A DNA stretch of 64,000 bases from Thermodesulfobacteriota bacterium (GTDB lineage Bacteria > Desulfobacterota_D > UBA1144 > Nemesobacterales > Nemesobacteraceae). The stretch is from positions 321,732-385,731 of the forward strand of contig OZ242322.1 in the NCBI GenBank assembly GCA_965208155.1. The letters run 5' to 3'. Positions 58,406 through 64,000 of this stretch are shown here, in pieces (the first letter of the stretch is position 1; each line of letters begins with the position of its first letter). The translations under genes were made by a program, and so were the position numbers. The notes under the pieces are model-generated. The model saw only the letters and a program-made list of their open reading frames with translations, made no database searches and was not told the DNA's origin.

Positions 58406-59671
58406 CTAGAGAAATTCCGCGATACTCTCGGTCTTCAGCATATCCTCGAGAGTTTCCCTGGCCCTTATCTCGCAGTACCTATCACCGCTTACAAGAACCT
58501 CGGCAGCCCGGGGCCTCGTGTTGTAATTGGACGACATCACGAAACCGTACGCCCCCGCGCTGAAAACCGCGAGCAGTTCTCCCGCGGAAACTTCGGGAAA
58601 ACTCCTGTCTCTGGCCAGAAAATCGCCCGATTCGCATATCGGGCCGACTATGTCCACCACCTCGCGGGATCCGGAACCCCCCACGCGCACCGGCTCTATT
58701 CGGTGGAACGAATCGTAAAACGCGGGTCTCACAAGGTCGTTCATCGCGGCGTCGACTATTACAAATTTCTTTGAGGTTCCCTCTTTAACATAAAGCACCC
58801 TGGTGGACATTATTCCCGCGTTGCCCACCATTGATCTTCCGGGCTCAAGAACCAGTCCGTAACTGGTATCGCGGAGATGTTCCTCGAAAACCCGCGCATA
58901 CTCGAATTTCGCCGGGGGCTTTTCCCCGCTCTCGTAGCTTATTGCGAGGCCCCCTCCTATATCTATGCAGGAAACTTCAATTCCGTCGCTCCCGAGCCTG
59001 TCGGCCAGGTAAACGAGCTTCGATATGGACTCGGAGAAGGAAGAAAGATCAAATATCTGGGAACCTATGTGGGCGTCAATTCCCCTTATCTCAATCCCCC
59101 CCATCCGCGAAGCGTTCCTGTATACATCCACCGCTTTTTCGATTCCGATCCCGAACTTGCTTTTCTCAAAACCCGTCGATATATACGGATGGGTGTCGGG
59201 GTCAACATCAGGATTAACCCTTATCGCGACCGGAGCCCTCTCTCCGAGGGAAACAGCCACATCATTTATTTTCTGAAGCTCCGCTTCGGATTCCACATTA
59301 AAAAAGAGTATCCGGGAGCGAATTGCGGCCTCTATTTCCTCTTCGGTCTTTCCGACTCCCGAGAACACCACTTTCGAGGCGTCTCCCCCGGCGGCAACAA
59401 CCCTCTGCAGCTCCCCCGACGAGACTATATCGAAACCGGAATCCATGGAGGAGAAAATCTTGAGTACGGATATGTTAGAGTTCGCCTTTACGGAGTAGCA
59501 AATCAGGGGATCGATTTCGGAAAACGCTTCCCTGTACTCAAGGAAGCTTGAGCGGATGGAATTGTGGCTGTAGATATAAACCGGAGTTCCAAAGTCCTCG
59601 CATATTTTCCTTACGGGAACTTTTTCAACGTAAAGTTCGCCGTCAGCATATTTAAAATCGGAAGTTGTCAT
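58406..59671 (-). CDS. lysA: Diaminopimelate decarboxylase (fold-III PLP decarboxylase)
   Basis: 421 aa; PLP-lysine motif context (YSVKAN), glycine-rich GGG loop, C-terminal beta-domain with the EPGR/CESGD-like motif. Confidence 0.85.
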   Translation of the reverse strand: MTTSDFKYADGELYVEKVPVRKICEDFGTPVYIYSHNSIRSSFLEYREAFSEIDPLICYSVKANSNISVLKIFSSMDSGFDIVSSGELQRVVAAGGDASKVVFSGVGKTEEEIEAAIRSRILFFNVESEAELQKINDVAVSLGERAPVAIRVNPDVDPDTHPYISTGFEKSKFGIGIEKAVDVYRNASRMGGIEIRGIDAHIGSQIFDLSSFSESISKLVYLADRLGSDGIEVSCIDIGGGLAISYESGEKPPAKFEYARVFEEHLRDTSYGLVLEPGRSMVGNAGIMSTRVLYVKEGTSKKFVIVDAAMNDLVRPAFYDSFHRIEPVRVGGSGSREVVDIVGPICESGDFLARDRSFPEVSAGELLAVFSAGAYGFVMSSNYNTRPRAAEVLVSGDRYCEIRARETLEDMLKTESIAEFL

Positions 59672-59895
59672 TGTAAATCTCTGAGGGTTTGAAGCTAGAA
59701 ATCTACCCGAAAAAAACAGCAGATAACATTATAGAATCCGAAACCAAGAAAAGCTCAGCAAGCCTGGGGGCCCAGCTATGGCTGTAAAGTGATATTTTTC
59801 CTTGGACAAAACCCGGATTTGTTTTATAATGGTTTCGTTGTATTGAAAACTCAGACTTCGGAGCAAAAACCTCTCTAATTCAAGGATAAATCTCA

Positions 59896-60516
59896 ATGGA
59901 CGCAATTGTTGACCTGTTTACCAAGGGCGGAATATATATCTTCCCCCTGATTTTATGTTCCATATTCGGACTTGCGATTTTTCTTCAGAAGCTTCATATA
60001 CTTCAGAGGAAAAAGCTTCTCCCCGAAGAATTTCTTTCAAACCTGTACAAAACCGTCGAGACAAAGGGGCTTGAAGAAGCAAAATCCCTTTCCGCATCAA
60101 ACGATTCTGCGGTAGCCAAAATGGCTCTCGCGGCCGCGCAGAACTCAGGCAAATCGAAGGCGGAAATGCACGAAGCCATTGAAACGGTGGGAAAGGCCGA
60201 GGCGCAGGGGCTTGAGAAATATATTGAGACTCTGCTTACCATAAGCAGCATAAGCACCCTTATCGGGCTTCTCGGAACGATATCCGGCATGATAAAGGTG
60301 TTCGCCGTCATATCGGAGAAGGATATAGTGGATCCGCCTTCTCTCGCGGGAGGCATCTCGGAAGCCCTTTACACTACGGCCCTGGGACTCACGATAGCGA
60401 TCCCGGCGCTCATAGCCTACAAGTACACCGATGGGAAATTCAAGGAGATAGTCTCCGAGCTTGAGGACGAAGGCAAGAAAATACTTGAAGCTTTTTCCAC
60501 AAAGGCATCACTATGA
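59896..60516 (+). CDS. MotA/TolQ/ExbB proton-channel family protein
   Basis: 206 aa; 3-TM topology and conserved C-terminal TM region (GLLGTISGMI...TTALGLTIAIPAL). Confidence 0.85.
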   Translation: MDAIVDLFTKGGIYIFPLILCSIFGLAIFLQKLHILQRKKLLPEEFLSNLYKTVETKGLEEAKSLSASNDSAVAKMALAAAQNSGKSKAEMHEAIETVGKAEAQGLEKYIETLLTISSISTLIGLLGTISGMIKVFAVISEKDIVDPPSLAGGISEALYTTALGLTIAIPALIAYKYTDGKFKEIVSELEDEGKKILEAFSTKASL

Positions 60517-60911
60517 GATTCACGCAGAAAAAAGATTCAAGCAGGTCCGGCATAGATCTCGCCCCCATAGTGGACGTGGTCTTTAACCTGCTCATTTTCT
60601 TTGCCCTTACGCTCAATTTCGCCATATCGAGCGGCATAAAAGTCAACCTCCCGAAAGCGACCGGCGAGATCGTTGAGATAAAAGACGTGAACATACACAT
60701 CGCCAAAGACGGAAAGGTTTACTTCAACGACATGCTTATGCGCTCCGCCAACTCCTTGAAGCGGGAGTTTGAGAGAATACCCAACAAAGACACCCTGGTA
60801 ATAATAAGGGCGGATTCCGAGGCCATGCACGGCCCGGTGGTAAGCACCATGGATCTTGCGAAAACCCAGGGGTTCTCGAAAATAGCAATCGGAGTTGAGC
60901 CGAAGCGATAA
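60513..60911 (+). CDS. ExbD/TolR biopolymer transport protein
   Basis: 132 aa; single N-terminal TM (INLAPIVDVVFNLLIFF) plus periplasmic domain. Start overlaps the upstream gene by 4 nt. Confidence 0.85.
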   Translation: MRFTQKKDSSRSGIDLAPIVDVVFNLLIFFALTLNFAISSGIKVNLPKATGEIVEIKDVNIHIAKDGKVYFNDMLMRSANSLKREFERIPNKDTLVIIRADSEAMHGPVVSTMDLAKTQGFSKIAIGVEPKR

Positions 60912-60960
60912 AACTCCCCTGCAACCGCTTCCCCGGCAACCCTGACGGTAACAAACAAAA

Positions 60961-61914
60961 TTGAATTCAACGAAAAGCGCTTTAACTTCGCTGGCAGACT
61001 TTATAACAAGGTTCTTCATCCTCTGGATAACCCTGTTCTCAGCCGTAGCGTACTTTTCCCCTTCCGTTTTTCGGGACATGGGATTCCTCATAGTTCCAAT
61101 GCTCGCGGTGATAATGTTCGCCATGGGCATAACGCTCAGAACGGATGATTTCAGGAGAGTCCTCTCAAGACCGCTTGAGATCCTGGCGGGCGTCTTCGCC
61201 CAATACGCCGTGATGCCCCTTCTGGGCTTCCTGCTTGTCTTCACCTTCGGTACACCTCCCCTGATCGCCACTGGGGTCGTTCTTGTGGGTTCATGCCCAG
61301 GAGGAACGGCGTCAAACGTGATCACCTATCTGGCAAGGGGCGATCTGGCGCTTTCCGTGACCCTGACTTCGGTTTCAACGCTCCTCTGCCCGTTTCTCCT
61401 GCCCGCGCTCATGTACGTTTACGCGGGAAGATGGGTAGATGTTCCGGTCGCTGATCTTTTTATCTCCGCGCTCCAGATAGTACTGCTGCCGGTGCTTCTC
61501 GGAGTGGTATTGAGGAAGCTGCTCGGGAGAAAATCAGAGGCCGTCCTGCCTTTTCTGCCCTCGGTATCTGCTCTTGTTATAGCTTTTGTGGTGGGAGTGA
61601 TAGTGGCTTTGAACGCGGAATCCATAAAAACCATCGGCGCGGTGGTTCTCCTCATAGTAATAATCCACAACACCCTTGGTCTCACATGCGGTTATCTTAT
61701 AGCGAAGGCAATGGGCTTCGGAGAAAGCAGCGCCAGGGCGATAGCCGTTGAGGTGGGAATGCAGAACTCGGGGCTCGCGGCAGCTCTTTCCCAAATGCAC
61801 TTCGGCTATCTCTCCGCCCTTCCCGCCGCACTCTTCAGCATCTGGCACAACATCTCGGGCGCGGCCATAGCCTGGTTATGGAGAAACAGAAAAATTAATG
61901 AACAAAACCGATAA
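60961..61914 (+). CDS. Bile acid:sodium symporter (BASS) family transporter
   Basis: 317 aa, ~9-10 TM; BASS signature regions (LVGSCPGGTASNV, AVEVGMQNSGLAAAL). Confidence 0.8.
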   Translation: MNSTKSALTSLADFITRFFILWITLFSAVAYFSPSVFRDMGFLIVPMLAVIMFAMGITLRTDDFRRVLSRPLEILAGVFAQYAVMPLLGFLLVFTFGTPPLIATGVVLVGSCPGGTASNVITYLARGDLALSVTLTSVSTLLCPFLLPALMYVYAGRWVDVPVADLFISALQIVLLPVLLGVVLRKLLGRKSEAVLPFLPSVSALVIAFVVGVIVALNAESIKTIGAVVLLIVIIHNTLGLTCGYLIAKAMGFGESSARAIAVEVGMQNSGLAAALSQMHFGYLSALPAALFSIWHNISGAAIAWLWRNRKINEQNR

Positions 61915-62809
61915 GAAAGAAAAACTTCCCATAAAGGGTTATCTCTTTCTGGTAGCCACGGCTTTTTTCACGGCGCTTTCCTACGCAATAGGAAAGGCGC
62001 TTGAGCGAAGCGACCTTCACCCCGAGACCACCACTTTTTTCTGGTTCTTCGGGGCTTTTGTGGTCGCCCTGATCCTGTTTCCCTTTCTTCGCTCACAGAG
62101 AAAGGAACTCAGAAGAATCCGCGAGTACCGCGCCATTTTCATCTGGAGTTCCGTTATAACCTCGGCAGGGGCGGCCTTGTGGATGGTTGCGCTCTGGACG
62201 ATCGGGCCAGCCCTTACCTCGTTCCTGATGAAGGCCCAGACTCTCTTCGCGCTTCTGCTCGGCATAATCTTTCTCGGAGAAAGGCTAAACAAGGGGGAGA
62301 GCGTAGGAATAGCTTTGACGGTGGCCGGCGGAGCGGTGGTCGCCTACCAGAGAGAAGATTATCTTATTTTTGGAACCGCTATGGCCCTCGGAGCCGCGTT
62401 TTTATATTCCTTTCTCTCTTTCATGGTAAAGAAGATAGCGCAGGACCTTAACATGCTTACAGTCGCGACGCTGAGGACCCTGGGAGTTTCCATAGTTCTT
62501 TTCATCTACCTAATGCTCACCGGAACCTTCGAACCCCCTAACTTAAAACAGGCGCTTGTGATGGCGTGCGGAGGTGCGTGCGGAGCGTACATAGCCAAAG
62601 GAAGCCAGTTCCACGCCATAAAGCTTCTTGATATCTCACGAACAACCGCCGTCATGCCGATGGAGTCGATCTTCGTGCTGATCTTTGCGCATGTCTTCTT
62701 TGACGACCTGCCGTCGGTCACGAAACTTCTCGGCGGAGCCTCAATAATCGCCGGGGTCGTATTCCTCGTGCTTTTCCGGGGACAGAAAAACGACATTCTC
62801 GGCAAGTAA
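61898..62809 (+). CDS. DMT-superfamily (EamA-like) transporter
   Basis: 303 aa, 10 TM in two EamA-like halves. Confidence 0.75.
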   Translation: MNKTDKKEKLPIKGYLFLVATAFFTALSYAIGKALERSDLHPETTTFFWFFGAFVVALILFPFLRSQRKELRRIREYRAIFIWSSVITSAGAALWMVALWTIGPALTSFLMKAQTLFALLLGIIFLGERLNKGESVGIALTVAGGAVVAYQREDYLIFGTAMALGAAFLYSFLSFMVKKIAQDLNMLTVATLRTLGVSIVLFIYLMLTGTFEPPNLKQALVMACGGACGAYIAKGSQFHAIKLLDISRTTAVMPMESIFVLIFAHVFFDDLPSVTKLLGGASIIAGVVFLVLFRGQKNDILGK

Positions 62810-62812
62810 AGT

Positions 62813-63925
62813 CTAGCGGGAACCGGAAAAATCCGTTCTGAGTTCCCTTCTCATTCTGTGCCTCTGCTCGGCAAACTCAACCAGCATCTCGAGCATCTCC
62901 CCGACGCAAAGACCGCTCGCCTCCCACAGCTTCGGATACATGCTTATGGGAGTAAATCCGGGAATTGTGTTTATCTCGCTTACAAAAACCTGATTCGTAT
63001 CGGTGTCAACCAGAAAATCCACCCTCGCCATACCAGTGCAGCAAAGGGCAGCACAGGAAGCAAGAGCGAGGGCTCTCACCCTCTCCTGAGTCTCGCGGGC
63101 AAGGTCGCATGGAATCCGGAATTTCGTTGACTCATCATGATACTTCTTTTCGTAATCATAAAAGCCTCCTTCCACAATCAGTTCCCCGGGAACCGACGCC
63201 CGCGGATCCTCGTTCCCCATTACGCTTACCTCCACTTCTCTCAGATTCATTACGGCACTTTCAACGATCACCCTTTCAGAAAAATCAAAAGATGCCTCCA
63301 CCGCATCGGCAGCTGTCCCAGAAGAACTCACCCTTGAAACTCCCACGCTTGAACCCAGATTTGAAGATTTAACGAAGCAGGGAAATCCTATTTCATCTTC
63401 TGCGCGGCAAAGAATTTCCTCTTTGCCGTTATGCCACTCGGTTTTTGAAAAACCGAAGAAGGGAACAACCGGAATACCGTTATCCCTGAGGATGTTTTTC
63501 GATACTATCTTGTCGATGCAAAGCGAAGATCCGAGCAGATCCGCCCCAACGCATGGAACACCCATAAGATCGATGAGACCCTGTACCGATCCGTCTTCGC
63601 CGAAGGTTCCGTGGAGAACGGGAAAAACGGCGTCCACGGAAAAAATATCCTGTATCTCTCCCCTTACTGTTTCAGCGAAACGGCCGGGGGGAGAACCTTG
63701 GAGCATGGGAACGATTTCGGAGTCGGGAACCAGGTCGGGAGTACGCCCCTCCTGCCAGTTCTCAAGAACGGCCCTCTGCCATCTGCCGTCCTTAGAAATG
63801 AAAATCGGCAGCAGGGAAAATTTTGAAGGATCAAGGTTGCTGACGATAAATTTTGAGGAGACAAGCGACACCTCATGCTCAACCGAAACACCACCGAAAA
63901 GAACCGCAATTGTTTTTCTGTTCAA
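62813..63925 (-). CDS. ddl: D-alanine--D-alanine ligase
   Basis: 370 aa; Ddl N-terminal (IAVLFGGVSVEHEVSLVS) and ATP-grasp core motifs. Confidence 0.9.
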   Translation of the reverse strand: MNRKTIAVLFGGVSVEHEVSLVSSKFIVSNLDPSKFSLLPIFISKDGRWQRAVLENWQEGRTPDLVPDSEIVPMLQGSPPGRFAETVRGEIQDIFSVDAVFPVLHGTFGEDGSVQGLIDLMGVPCVGADLLGSSLCIDKIVSKNILRDNGIPVVPFFGFSKTEWHNGKEEILCRAEDEIGFPCFVKSSNLGSSVGVSRVSSSGTAADAVEASFDFSERVIVESAVMNLREVEVSVMGNEDPRASVPGELIVEGGFYDYEKKYHDESTKFRIPCDLARETQERVRALALASCAALCCTGMARVDFLVDTDTNQVFVSEINTIPGFTPISMYPKLWEASGLCVGEMLEMLVEFAEQRHRMRRELRTDFSGSR

Positions 63926-64000
63926 CTTATGACTCCCAACGTATTTAAGAAAAAATCTTTCATGAAAAGCCTGGGAGAAACCTGTTTTTAAGAAATCTCC

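Overview
The window is a mosaic of housekeeping operons and mobile/accessory DNA, all called by eye from the sequence and the ORF track. Coordinates I derived by hand carry about ±1-2 nt error; CDS coordinates follow the ORF track. The nucleotide sequence was not reopened for this write-up, so features are described here without quoted sequence strings. The leftmost genes form a futalosine-type menaquinone cluster: a partial radical-SAM gene, then UbiD-, UbiX- and UbiA-like genes. Next come a VapBC-like toxin-antitoxin pair and a DUF4143 AAA+ ATPase gene split by an intact IS4-family element. That element can be delimited to the base, with 24-bp perfect terminal inverted repeats and 9-bp target-site duplications. 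Between recO/argJ and pyrD lies an IS cluster: an ISAzo13-family element and an IS3-family element, each with an A9 slippery -1 frameshift site, a gene remnant, and a hicAB pair whose HicA carries a premature amber codon. A defense island follows. It holds a complete Type I R-M operon (hsdM-hsdS-hsdR), a YgjP/M48-like peptidase, an AlbA_2/Schlafen-like protein, ychF, tRNA-His, an orphan ribbon-helix-helix antitoxin and a GmrSD-like DUF262/DUF1524 protein. The rest is largely core metabolism: an NCS2 permease, the glyoxylate shunt (malate synthase plus a long ICL2-type isocitrate lyase), mgtE, a second intact DUF4143 ATPase preceded by a tandem repeat array, tRNA-Arg/Pro, recF, a Cdc48/VAT-like double AAA ATPase next to pilD, obg, queG, rhomboid, pfk, an MFS transporter, tRNA-Thr, a hemEHY-type heme operon whose first gene is an apparent HemD-HemE fusion, lysA, exbBD-like genes, two transporters and ddl. 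The most unusual items are the precisely resolved IS4-family insertion, the nested IS cluster with its 40-bp palindrome, the tRNA-His-linked defense island, the bacterial Cdc48-like ATPase, the HemD-HemE fusion and the repeat array upstream of the intact DUF4143 ATPase.
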